Positions 41,767 through 50,770 of a DNA stretch of 64,000 nucleotides are shown in pieces. The notes below the pieces were generated by a model. That model was not told the origin of the DNA, did no database searches, and saw only the letters and a list, made by a program, of their open reading frames with translations. The stretch's first letter is position 1. Each line of letters opens with the position of its first letter. Source of the DNA: Myxococcota bacterium (GTDB lineage: Bacteria > Myxococcota_A > UBA796 > CAJQPC01); NCBI GenBank assembly GCA_036229005.1, contig JAZAMN010000006.1:96001-160000 (forward strand). Direction: 5' to 3'. The translations under genes were made by a program, and so were the position numbers.

Positions 41767-42664
41767 GTCCTTCGACCTGGAGACGCCCTTCCGGGAGCCC
41801 TACGCCCTCAGCCCCCTGCGCTTTGGCAGCGGTCCCCTCAAGGTCGCGCTCGTCGCGGGGCTCCACGGCACTGAACTCACCGGTGTGCACGCCCTGAACA
41901 TCGTCGCCGGCGCGCTCCGCATGGCCCGCGTCAAGGGCTCCGTCGTGCTCTTCCCGATCGTGAACGCCTTCGGGGTGGAGCAGGGGACCAAGCGCTGGCC
42001 CTTCGACGATCGGGACATCAACCAGGCCTTCCCGGGCGACCCCAGCGGCGCCGCCGTCGAGCGCATCGCCCACGCCCTGCTCGAGGCCACCCAGGCCGAG
42101 GTCTGCGTGGACGTCCACAGCGGCTCCCAGGTAATCCGGGAGCTGCCCCAGGTTCGGGTCCCCCTCAGCGGGGAGGAGCTCGGCCTGGCCCGCGCGATGG
42201 AGCTCCCCATGCTCTGGCGGCGAGCCGGCGATCGCCTCGAAGCCGCCGGACTCGTGGGCGCCTGGCGTGCCCGCGGCATCTCCGCCATGCACATCGTCGG
42301 CGGGCGCGCTGGCACCCTGGATGTGCGCCACGCCCGCACCATTGCCAACGGCCTGCTCCGCTTGCTGCACCACCTGGGGGTGCTCACCCACGCCTTCGCC
42401 GATCCCGGCGAGGTCCAGGTCGACACCACCCGGAAGGGCGTGGATTACCACTACTCCCAGGTCGGGGGCTTCTGGGTCCCCGAGGTCCGCGTGGGTGACA
42501 AGGTCGGCCCCGGGCACCTGCTCGGCGCGGTCACCGAGGTCGTCGGCGGCGGGCGCCTGGAGGAGGTCCGGGCGGAGCGCTCCGGCGTGGTCATGAGCAT
42601 GCGCGCCTACCCCATCGTGCACGCCCGAGAGCTGTTGGTGCGGGTCGCCGAGGGCGTCGGTTGA
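41759..42664 (+). CDS. AstE/AspA (M14) family protein B, Arg and catalytic Glu missing
   Basis: VAGLHGTE, VNAFG, DINQAFPG, DVHSG, HIVGG. Confidence 0.85.
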   Translation: MSESFDLETPFREPYALSPLRFGSGPLKVALVAGLHGTELTGVHALNIVAGALRMARVKGSVVLFPIVNAFGVEQGTKRWPFDDRDINQAFPGDPSGAAVERIAHALLEATQAEVCVDVHSGSQVIRELPQVRVPLSGEELGLARAMELPMLWRRAGDRLEAAGLVGAWRARGISAMHIVGGRAGTLDVRHARTIANGLLRLLHHLGVLTHAFADPGEVQVDTTRKGVDYHYSQVGGFWVPEVRVGDKVGPGHLLGAVTEVVGGGRLEEVRAERSGVVMSMRAYPIVHARELLVRVAEGVG

Positions 42665-43194
42665 TCCTCGTCACCGGCTTCTCCCAGTTCCCAGGGGTGC
42701 CCGAGAACCCCACCGAGCACCTCGCTTTGGCCCTGAATGGCACAGAGGTTGAGGGGCAGGACCTGGTCGGGGTGGTGCTCCCCGTGACCTACGAGGGCCT
42801 CTCCAGCCGCCTCACCCAACTGGAGACCCGCTGGAGGCCGGAGCTGGTGGTTGGCCTGGGTGTCGCCGTTGGCAGCGAGCGGCCGCGCATCGAGATCCTG
42901 GGGGTCAATGAGGTCGCGCAGACCCAGGACGCATCGGGTCGCATCGCGCCGGATCTGGGCCCCGGCCCAAGGGAGCTTCGGGTCGGGCTGCCCGTCGAAG
43001 GGATCCGTCAGGAGCTCGGCGCGGAGCTGTCCCGCGACGCCGGCCGCTACCTGTGCAACGCCTGGCTATACACCGCGCTCCGGGACCTCCAGGCGCCCGC
43101 GCTCTTTGTGCACGTGCCCATGGACGCGCCGAGTCCCCAGCGCATGGGGCGTGCGATCGCGCGGCTGTGGCGGGAGCTTCGAGCCCGGGATTAG
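42661..43194 (+). CDS. pcp: pyroglutamyl-peptidase I (C15)
   Basis: ILVTGF..F.G...NP, LPV, E, DAGRYLCN..LY, FVHVP. Confidence 0.9.
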   Translation: MILVTGFSQFPGVPENPTEHLALALNGTEVEGQDLVGVVLPVTYEGLSSRLTQLETRWRPELVVGLGVAVGSERPRIEILGVNEVAQTQDASGRIAPDLGPGPRELRVGLPVEGIRQELGAELSRDAGRYLCNAWLYTALRDLQAPALFVHVPMDAPSPQRMGRAIARLWRELRARD

Positions 43195-43203
43195 CTGTTG
43201 GGT

Positions 43204-45354
43204 ATGACCCTCCTGCTCTCGCTGCTCGCACTGTCCATCACCCCCGCCCAGGCAGGCTCGGAGCCGCAAGCGCTGCCCCAGGAGCTGAGCTTCGAGGGGC
43301 CCGAGGGGCTGGTGGATGAGGCCCATGCCGCCTACACCGCCCAGGACTGGGAGCTGGCCGCGCAGCTCTATGGCTCCCTGGCGGGAGCGGGTGCAGGCGA
43401 GGCCGCGCGTGTCATGCAGGGCCTCTGTCTGTATCAGGCCGGTCGCCTCCGGGAGGCCCAGGCGGTGCTGACGGACCAGCCCTCGCTGGAGGCGCGCAAG
43501 CTGCTGGGGTTGGTGCTGGTGGACCGGGGCCAGCCCAAGCAGGGGCGGGCGCTGCTGGAGGCGGTCCAGGCGGAGGCCACCGGCGAGCTTGCGGTCTCAG
43601 CGTCGCTGGACCTGGCCCGAATCGCCCTGGATCAGGGGCGCAGCGCGGAGGCCAAGGGGATCTACGAGGAGGCTCTGGGGCAGGCCCAGGCTCTGGGGAG
43701 CACCGCTCTGGCCGCCGATGCCCAGCGGGGCCTGGAGACGGTCGCTGCCATGCGCGAGGAGCGGCCACCTGAGGGCGGCAGCGGGAGTACGGCGTCCCTG
43801 AACGCGCTCGCGGATGCCCTGAGGCGGGGCGCAATCGGGGCAGCGCAGGGGCACCTGGCGACCCTGGAGGCCGGAGGGGACACGCCGCGGGAGCAGGTGG
43901 AGCTGGGGCTCGCTCGGGGCGCGCTGTACAGGGCTCAGGGGCGACCGGATGCAGCCGCCCAGGCGCTGATGGAGGCCCTCACGCTGTCCAGGCAGGTGGG
44001 GCTGGGTTGGGAGACGGCGCAGGCGCTGTATGGGCTCGGCATCGCGCACGGACTTGCAGGTCGGGTGGATCTGGCGGTGAGCTTCCTGGCGGAGGCGGAG
44101 GCCGAGGCGCGCGGAGGGGGCTTCGAGGCCTCCGCGGTGGAGATCGGCCTGGAGCTGGGGCTGATGGCGCTGCGGCTGGGGCGGGTGGAGCAGGCGGCTG
44201 CCCAGCTCGAGACGGCCCGGAGCGCGCTGGCGTCCATGGATCATCCCGCGGCCGAGGCCCGCGCTCAGGAGTTGGCTGGTGGGCTGGCGGCCGCGAGCGG
44301 GGACCTCCAGACGGCAGGCGCTCAGTTGGAGGCGGCGTTGAGCTGGCACGAGGCCCGGGGGCACTACGCGGACGCGGCCAGGGTCGCGGTGGCCCTGGTG
44401 CGAGCGAGCGCGACCCAGGATGTCCCCACGGCGGAGCGCTGGGGGGAGCGGGCCGTGGCGCTGCATGGGCAGTTCGGCGACCCCCTGGGGCCGGCGCAGG
44501 TGGCTCTGGCCATGGGCCTGGGGCGAGCGGACGCCAAGGACATCGAGGGGGCGCTCAAGTACTTCGCAGAGGCCGTGGAGCTGGGGCGGGCCAGCGGACG
44601 GGCCCAAGGGGCCTTCATCGCCGATACGGCGGAGAAGAACGCCGCGCAGGCGCTGGCCATGCTGGGCGCCAGTGAGCAGGCCGCAGCGCTCGCGGCCTCG
44701 GGCGGGCTGGAGGCGGCGCTCGCCCACTCGGAGGGCCTCGCGGCCGCGCTCCAGGCGTATGACCAGGGCCTGCGGGCCTACCAGGAGGGGCGCTTCTCGG
44801 ACGCTCAGCGGCGCTTCGTGACGGCGGCTGAGCGCCTGGAGGAGCTCGGCGAGGCCGCCTACGCCGCGCAGGCCAGCAAGGGCGCGCTCTGGTGCAGCTA
44901 CAACCTCGCGGTCGCGATGCCCCCCAGCGAGTCGCTGGCCTTCTGGGGGCAGATCCAGGCCGAGGCCCAGCGCCTGGAGGTTGTCGAGCTGGACCTGCGT
45001 GCGGGCGCCGAGCTGGCCATCGCCCAGGCCCGCAGCGGACACCCCAGCGCCGCGGACTCTCTGGAGAAGGCCGCGCGGGCGGCAGAGAAGGGGGGGATGC
45101 CCAGCGTGGCTGCGCGCTGCTGGTCCGAGCGGGCCGAGCTGGCGGGCCCGCTGGAGCGCCGGGGACAGGACGCCAGGCGAGCCCACGCGCTCGCGCCGAG
45201 CGCCGCTTCGTCGACCTATGCGCTCTACTCCGTGGCGGTGGACGCCTTCAACGCGGGAGAGGCGGCGCTCGCCCGGGAGCTGGCTGAGCTGGCGCTCCCC
45301 AACGCCGGTGAGCTGGAGCCCGACCTTCGGGGGGTGCTCGAAGCGACCCAGTGA
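43204..45354 (+). CDS. exported TPR-repeat protein
   Basis: Signal peptide ending AQA; many Ala-rich TPR-like repeats. Confidence 0.75.
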   Translation: MTLLLSLLALSITPAQAGSEPQALPQELSFEGPEGLVDEAHAAYTAQDWELAAQLYGSLAGAGAGEAARVMQGLCLYQAGRLREAQAVLTDQPSLEARKLLGLVLVDRGQPKQGRALLEAVQAEATGELAVSASLDLARIALDQGRSAEAKGIYEEALGQAQALGSTALAADAQRGLETVAAMREERPPEGGSGSTASLNALADALRRGAIGAAQGHLATLEAGGDTPREQVELGLARGALYRAQGRPDAAAQALMEALTLSRQVGLGWETAQALYGLGIAHGLAGRVDLAVSFLAEAEAEARGGGFEASAVEIGLELGLMALRLGRVEQAAAQLETARSALASMDHPAAEARAQELAGGLAAASGDLQTAGAQLEAALSWHEARGHYADAARVAVALVRASATQDVPTAERWGERAVALHGQFGDPLGPAQVALAMGLGRADAKDIEGALKYFAEAVELGRASGRAQGAFIADTAEKNAAQALAMLGASEQAAALAASGGLEAALAHSEGLAAALQAYDQGLRAYQEGRFSDAQRRFVTAAERLEELGEAAYAAQASKGALWCSYNLAVAMPPSESLAFWGQIQAEAQRLEVVELDLRAGAELAIAQARSGHPSAADSLEKAARAAEKGGMPSVAARCWSERAELAGPLERRGQDARRAHALAPSAASSTYALYSVAVDAFNAGEAALARELAELALPNAGELEPDLRGVLEATQ

Positions 45355-45369
45355 AGTACACTGGGCGGC

Positions 45370-46455
45370 ATGGCACGCCGATCCCGTGGAATCCCCGTCG
45401 TTGAAGTCGCCTCCGATCTCCGGCTGAGCCCCGGTGAGCTTCGTCGCCGCCTGGGCAAGGCCGGGATGCTGCGCCATGTGCTGCCGGACGACTCCATCCC
45501 CCCCGCAATGGTCAACAACATCGCCGAGGCGGTGCGCGACCAGGGCCCCCCTCCCGAGCCCTCCGGTCCGGGGCTGGATCTGGACCAGCTCATGGCCTCC
45601 ACGGGCGTCAAGCCCATGAAGGGCCGGGGGCAGGCCAGTCGCTCGCCGCGGCCGCGGGATCCCAAGGCGCAGAAGGCCGCGGTCGGCAAGCAGCAGAGCA
45701 GCGTGCCTCGCTCCGAGCTGGAGAGCCGCCTGCAGCGCGCCAAGGCCGCCAACCTCCAGCTCGCCGAGCGCCTCCGTCAGGCCGAGAGCGCGTTGGAGAC
45801 CCTGCGCGCGGAGCACGCGCGCGAGCAGGCTGCCCGGGTCGAGGCCCAGGAGGCCGTGCAGACCCTTCAGGCCTCTTTGCAGGGCGAGAGCGCCGAGGCC
45901 CCCCTCACCGAGCTCCTGGAGTCCCGCGGCCTCATCGGCGAGGACGAGCGCAACGCAGCCGTGCGGGCTCTGATCTCTGTGCGCCGCTGGGACGCGATCG
46001 CGACAACCCTCAAGCCCCTCAACCCCCAGGCCGCCCAGCGCGCCATGGCCCTCCACGTGGTCCTGGCCTGCACCCGCGGGGACTGCGAGGTCCCCAAGGG
46101 CATGGGCCTGGTGCAGGTCGCGCCGGGCCGCTGTGAGGTGTGTGCAGGAGAGGGGCGCAAGCGCCACCTGCGCCGCCTCGGGGATGCCTTCCTGCTCCAC
46201 GGTCTCCGGCGCATCGCGCTGGTCGGTGGGCCGGCAGGCTACCGCCGGATGATCCGGGAGAGCCTGGATGAGCGCATCCAGATCGTCACCGGTCAGGGCC
46301 CCGACGCCGTCGACCTGGCCGAGGTGCAGGTGATGCTGGTCTGGGGCGAGCCCCCTGAGGGGGAGCAGCCTGTGCCGGTCTTGTCGGTGAAGGCCCGCGG
46401 CTTGGTGGACTTCATCGCCGGGGTGCGCTCCCAGCTCGCGGCCGGGATGGCCTGA
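45370..46455 (+). CDS. hypothetical protein: coiled coil, four-Cys cluster, DUF2325-like C-domain
   Basis: Heptad region; 'CTRGDC...CEVC'; 'RIALVGG'. Confidence 0.7.
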   Translation: MARRSRGIPVVEVASDLRLSPGELRRRLGKAGMLRHVLPDDSIPPAMVNNIAEAVRDQGPPPEPSGPGLDLDQLMASTGVKPMKGRGQASRSPRPRDPKAQKAAVGKQQSSVPRSELESRLQRAKAANLQLAERLRQAESALETLRAEHAREQAARVEAQEAVQTLQASLQGESAEAPLTELLESRGLIGEDERNAAVRALISVRRWDAIATTLKPLNPQAAQRAMALHVVLACTRGDCEVPKGMGLVQVAPGRCEVCAGEGRKRHLRRLGDAFLLHGLRRIALVGGPAGYRRMIRESLDERIQIVTGQGPDAVDLAEVQVMLVWGEPPEGEQPVPVLSVKARGLVDFIAGVRSQLAAGMA

Positions 46456-46460
46456 GCGGG

Positions 46461-47312
46461 GTGATCTTCGGCCTGCTGGCCTGTACGGCGTCGCTGCTGC
46501 CAGAGGGCGTGGAGCCGGTCCCGGGTCGCGTCGACGCAGAGCTGCTCCAGGGTGGGCCGGGCTTTGGCGCCTGGCTGGCCTGGGTGGACGGTGAGCTCGC
46601 CGTCGGGGGTGACGGGGGCATCCAGTGGCAGGGAGAGTGGACCGAGGCTCCCGAGCTGCGGGGCCTCTGGGCCGGCCCGATGGGACCCCGCTACGCGACC
46701 GGTCAGGCCATCGTTGACCTCGCCGATGGAGAGCTTGCGCGGGTGGATGGGCTGCGGGCAGCCAGCGGAGACGGTGAGGACTGGATCGCCAGCGGGCCCC
46801 AGAGCCTCAGCTTCCCGGAGCAGGTCCTGGAGCTGGCCAGCGAGCCTTGGGGCGTGGAGATGGGTCCCGACGGCTGGCTCGCGCGGGTGTGTGAGGGCGC
46901 GGACTGCGTGCTCTGGTGGATGGCGGACGGCGAGCCCCGGGTCTCTCTGGGGGAGTCGGAGAGGGGCGGTCCCTTGGCCTTCGCACCCGATGGCACACCG
47001 CTGCAGGGATTCCCTGGCGCCCAAGATGGCGCAGGACGTGTCGACGCCGGTGAGGACACACTGATTGAGGGGGAGGGGCAGCAGGGCATGGGCTCGGGGC
47101 TCTGTGGCCGCTTTGCCGCGGGGGTGCACGATCTCCACGCCATGCCGAATCACACCCGGGTCCAGGCGCTGCGGGGCGAGGGGGGATTCGCGCTGGAGGC
47201 TGGGGCGCCGTGGGGACGGACCACGCTGGCCTGCGACGGAGAGCAGCTGGCCATCGGCCAGCCAGGGTTTGAGGGTGGGGGTCGCGTCTGGGTGCTCCCG
47301 ATCGCCCCCTAA
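46461..47312 (+). CDS. lipoprotein with degenerate FG-GAP repeats
   Basis: MIFGLLAC; 'GFGA.LA', 'LAIGQPG...GRVWV'. Confidence 0.65.
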   Translation: MIFGLLACTASLLPEGVEPVPGRVDAELLQGGPGFGAWLAWVDGELAVGGDGGIQWQGEWTEAPELRGLWAGPMGPRYATGQAIVDLADGELARVDGLRAASGDGEDWIASGPQSLSFPEQVLELASEPWGVEMGPDGWLARVCEGADCVLWWMADGEPRVSLGESERGGPLAFAPDGTPLQGFPGAQDGAGRVDAGEDTLIEGEGQQGMGSGLCGRFAAGVHDLHAMPNHTRVQALRGEGGFALEAGAPWGRTTLACDGEQLAIGQPGFEGGGRVWVLPIAP

Positions 47313-47345
47313 ACGACCAAGGGGGAAGCTCCGATCGGCTGGTTG

Positions 47346-48245
47346 ATGCAGTCTCTACCCCCCATCCTCCGCTCACTGCCTGCGCGCCGTCTGCTGCAGG
47401 TGCATCGCAAACACCACGGCGCCGCCCGGGTCGTCCGGCCGAATCGGGAGGGGAGGGCGATCCACTTTCGAGGGGAGCGCGTGGCCAGCCTGGAGGCCAC
47501 AGGCCCCGACGACGCCGTGGAGCTGCTGGCAGGGGCGCTGGAGGCCCTGGTTGCGCTGGACGCCGAGGCCAACGAGCGGCTGGAGTCTGTGCGGGGGCGG
47601 CTGCTGGAGCTGGTCACCCGGGTCCGGGACGCAGATGGCCGCCTGGGTCGCCTGATGGAGGTCGATGAACAGGGGCGGGAGCAGTCCCGAGCGCGCACCC
47701 AGGCGCTGGCCGATGCGGCCATGCGGGACCCTCTCACCGGGCTCTACAACCGCCGCGCCTTTGAGGTGCTCGCCCAGGAGGCCGCCGAGGCGATCGCGCT
47801 CCGGGGGGAGCACATGGGGGTGCTGTTCGTGGACCTGGACCACTTCAAGCGCATCAACGACGAGCTCGGTCACGCCGCAGGGGACGCCGTGCTGATGGAG
47901 GTCGGGCGCCTGCTCGCGCGCCGCAGTCGCCGCGCCGATGTGGTGGCGCGCTGGGGAGGGGAGGAGTTCGTGCTCGCCCTGCCTGGCTGCTCGCTGCCCG
48001 ACGCGCTGCGCATCGCCGAGGACCTGCGGGGTTCGCTCGAGGAGCTGGACCTGCCGGAGCTGCCGGAGGGTTGGGCGATCACCGCGTCGCTGGGGGTGGC
48101 CTCGGACGGGCTGAACGCGGAGGCCGCGATGGAGGAGCTCCAGGCGCTGATCGAGCAGGCGGATGAGCGGGTCTACGAGGCCAAGCGCGCTGGTCGGAAC
48201 CGGGTCGTGCCAGACCCTGGGCTGGGACTCGCCAAGGTGGCTTGA
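47346..48245 (+). CDS. diguanylate cyclase
   Basis: DPLTGLYNRR, DLDHFKRIND, RRAD I-site, GGEEF. Confidence 0.93.
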   Translation: MQSLPPILRSLPARRLLQVHRKHHGAARVVRPNREGRAIHFRGERVASLEATGPDDAVELLAGALEALVALDAEANERLESVRGRLLELVTRVRDADGRLGRLMEVDEQGREQSRARTQALADAAMRDPLTGLYNRRAFEVLAQEAAEAIALRGEHMGVLFVDLDHFKRINDELGHAAGDAVLMEVGRLLARRSRRADVVARWGGEEFVLALPGCSLPDALRIAEDLRGSLEELDLPELPEGWAITASLGVASDGLNAEAAMEELQALIEQADERVYEAKRAGRNRVVPDPGLGLAKVA

Positions 48246-48276
48246 CCGCACTGGGAACGACCCTTACAACTGAAGG

Positions 48277-49032
48277 GTGAAAGACCGTCGACCCTCGGGC
48301 CCTCGCGGCCGCCGCAAGCCCAAGAACCATGAGCTCGAGCGCCGTATTGAGGCCTTGGTGGAGCGAAATGGTCTGAGCAGGCCGGTCGCGATCCAGGTGG
48401 CCACGGGGCAGCTTGAGCTGGACACGGTGCTGCAGCGCATGGCTCTGCAGGCGCGGGTGGACAGCCTGATTCGGCGGCACGAGCTCTCCCGGGCCCTGGC
48501 GACCCAGATCGCGATGGGGCAGGCGGACCTGGACCGGGTGCTCTTCAAGCGCCGGATGAGCGTGCACCTGGAGACACATCGGGAGCGCAGCCTGCTGACC
48601 CGATCGGTGCAGGAGTCGCTGCCGATCCACCTGGCGCTTCACGGGCACAAGTACGTCGAGGGCGTGGTGACCGAGGTCGACCAGTACGAGTTCGTGCTGG
48701 GCGGGGAGCGCATCCACAAGCTCCAGGCCAAGTGGGGAGGGGTGCTCGCCGACAAGAAGAAGGGCCGCCGCGCGCTCTCCTGGGACAAGGCCCGCAAGGC
48801 CACCCAGGAGCCCGTCTGGAAGCCCCAGGACCGCTACAACTGCAGCAACCGCCGGCTCTTCGGGCTGCTGGACCGCGAGGCGCAGGTGGAGCTCTCGCTT
48901 CGGGAGGGAGAGATCTTCCGGGGCCAGCTTGCGTGGGTGGGCCGCTTCGAGCTTGGGCTGGCCGTCAAGGGCAAGGTCGAGCTCACCATCTTCCGGCACG
49001 CGCTGGAGAACCTCGGCGAGGCCGGGGGCTGA
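48277..49032 (+). CDS. hypothetical protein with two Hfq/Sm-like domains
   Basis: 'VEGVVTEVDQYEF..IHKL' and 'L.EGE.FRGQL...RFE....TIFRHAL'. Confidence 0.65.
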   Translation: MKDRRPSGPRGRRKPKNHELERRIEALVERNGLSRPVAIQVATGQLELDTVLQRMALQARVDSLIRRHELSRALATQIAMGQADLDRVLFKRRMSVHLETHRERSLLTRSVQESLPIHLALHGHKYVEGVVTEVDQYEFVLGGERIHKLQAKWGGVLADKKKGRRALSWDKARKATQEPVWKPQDRYNCSNRRLFGLLDREAQVELSLREGEIFRGQLAWVGRFELGLAVKGKVELTIFRHALENLGEAGG

Positions 49033-49033
49033 G

Positions 49034-49357
49034 ATGCAGGCGACGGTAGAGCTCCCCGGACGCAAGGGGGTCGTCGCTGTACCGGTCGGGCTCAGTCTGT
49101 GGGTGGGACAGGCGCCCGTGACGGACGCCCGGGTGGTGTTCTTCGAGCAGCCGCAGCGACGCAGCGGCCCCGCCTGGGTGGACGGCCGCGTGAGCATGGA
49201 CAGCCAGAGCTGGTGGTGCATCGCCCACGGCATCGAGGAGGAGTTCGAGTGGCAGGGCCAGCTCTGGATCCGACACCGCGCCCTGCTCTGGGATGAGGAC
49301 CGGGACCGCGTGGTCGGTGGCTACTACTGGTGTGTGCAGGTGCAGTCGCTGGGATAG
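49034..49357 (+). CDS. hypothetical Trp-rich protein (107 aa)
   Basis: Starts 1 nt after upstream stop; fills the operon gap. Confidence 0.6.
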   Translation: MQATVELPGRKGVVAVPVGLSLWVGQAPVTDARVVFFEQPQRRSGPAWVDGRVSMDSQSWWCIAHGIEEEFEWQGQLWIRHRALLWDEDRDRVVGGYYWCVQVQSLG

Positions 49358-49383
49358 GGGCCTCTTCCACCAGGAGACCCCAG

Positions 49384-49992
49384 ATGGGCATTCTCAAGGG
49401 CGCAGTTTCCGCGCGCCACTACACGGTGCAGGGTGAGGTCCCCGAGGGCTTCCGCACCACCTACGTCGAAGCGCTCAACGCCTTCGCCTTCCAGGAGCCG
49501 GCCTCCAAGACGCGCACGGAGGAGACCATCGGCTGGGTGTGCCACAAGAACCTGCTGGACACCGACTTCACGGACCTGGACGCGTGGCTCTACAACCACT
49601 ACGCGCTCTTCCAGCTTCGGGTGGACATCAAGCGCCTGCCCAGCAACCTCTTCAAGGCGCACCTGGAGAAGGAGTGCGAGAAGTGGTGCCAGGACACCGG
49701 CAAGGAGCGGGTGCCGCGCAACGTCAAGACCGAGCTCAAGGAGAACCTGGAGTTCGAGTGGCTCACGCGGGCCTTCCCGACGGTCAAGACCACTGAGATC
49801 TGCTGGAACCTGGCGGAGGGCTACGTGCTCTTCCACAGCCACTCCGACAAGTCCAACGACACCTTCCGCAAGCTCTTCCTGCAGACCTTCTCGCTGGAGC
49901 TGGTGCCCACCAACCCCTTGGATCTGCTGGCCCCCGAGCTGGCCGACGCCCTGGAGCAGACCGGCGGCACCGATCTGCGGATGGAGGACTGA
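49384..49992 (+). CDS. rdgC: RdgC-like recombination-associated protein, part 1
   Basis: MGILKG.....Y.V.G, 'E.IGWV', 'LRVD.KRLP', 'K.ELKE' as in deltaproteobacterial RdgC-like proteins. Confidence 0.7.
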   Translation: MGILKGAVSARHYTVQGEVPEGFRTTYVEALNAFAFQEPASKTRTEETIGWVCHKNLLDTDFTDLDAWLYNHYALFQLRVDIKRLPSNLFKAHLEKECEKWCQDTGKERVPRNVKTELKENLEFEWLTRAFPTVKTTEICWNLAEGYVLFHSHSDKSNDTFRKLFLQTFSLELVPTNPLDLLAPELADALEQTGGTDLRMED

Positions 49993-49993
49993 G

Positions 49994-50551
49994 ATGTTCG
50001 ATCAAGACGACTCGCGGCCCATCCTTGAACACCTGCCCTCGGAGTTCATGACCTGGCTCTGGTTCGCGACCGAGGACAGCGGCGGCAGCTTCATCCTGGA
50101 GGATCTCGGCGGCATCGACTGCTACGTCGAGGATCGCATCGCCTTCCGGAACATGGAGGACGACAAGTCCCGCACCGTGCTGACCGGGGAGAACGCGGCC
50201 AACACCCTGGAGGCCCGGGCGGCCCTGGCGGGCGGTCGGGTGGTCAAGGAGATCCGCCTGATCATCAAGCGTGAGGATCGCGAGTACAGCGTCACCCTGC
50301 GTGGCCCCCTGCTGGACATGTCCGGGGCCAAGCTCCCCGGCATGGTCAAGTCGGGCACGGAAGAGGTGCTCTACGACCGCATGTACATGTTCGAGGAGCT
50401 CCACAGCATCCTGGGCGCGCTGCTGTCCCGCTACGCAAAGGCTCGTACCGCGGACAACTGGAAGAGCGAGACCGTGCCGGCCATGAAGGCATGGATCGCC
50501 GAAGCGCTCGAAGCCGTCGGAGACAGCCCCGACGCAGGCCTCGAGCCTTGA
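49994..50551 (+). CDS. RdgC-like protein, part 2
   Basis: 'EFMTWLWF', 'EARAAL..G..V', 'LYDRM' typical of the RdgC C-half partner. Confidence 0.65.
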   Translation: MFDQDDSRPILEHLPSEFMTWLWFATEDSGGSFILEDLGGIDCYVEDRIAFRNMEDDKSRTVLTGENAANTLEARAALAGGRVVKEIRLIIKREDREYSVTLRGPLLDMSGAKLPGMVKSGTEEVLYDRMYMFEELHSILGALLSRYAKARTADNWKSETVPAMKAWIAEALEAVGDSPDAGLEP

Positions 50552-50575
50552 CACGTCTGCCCTTGGGGTTAATCT
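50548..50575 (+). promoter_or_regulatory. sigma70 promoter for tRNA-Arg
   Basis: TTGACA-16 nt-TAATCT about 38 nt upstream of the tRNA. Confidence 0.6.
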
Positions 50576-50612
50576 CCGAGGGCCTGGACGGTGAGAGCCG
50601 TCCGGTGGGTGA

Positions 50613-50689
50613 GCGCGGTTAGCTCAGCTGGATAGAGCGCTGGCCTCCGGAGCCAGAGGTCACAGGTTCGAATCCTGTACCGCGTACCA
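50613..50689 (+). tRNA. tRNA-Arg(CCG)
   Basis: GCGCGGT/ACCGCGT acceptor stem, CTGGC-CTCCGGA-GCCAG anticodon arm, GGTTCGAATCC, CCA. Confidence 0.97.
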
Positions 50690-50770
50690 CCCCACCCACC
50701 CCCATCCATTTGCGGTTTGTCCGGGCTGCGATAGTCCCATGAACATGCAGTCCGAAGGGGTGTCCAGCCT

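Noticed and set aside
49384..50551. rdgC pseudogene split by frameshift
   Set aside because: Both halves have clean starts with SD-like sequences (AGGAG, GGAGG) and normal codon usage
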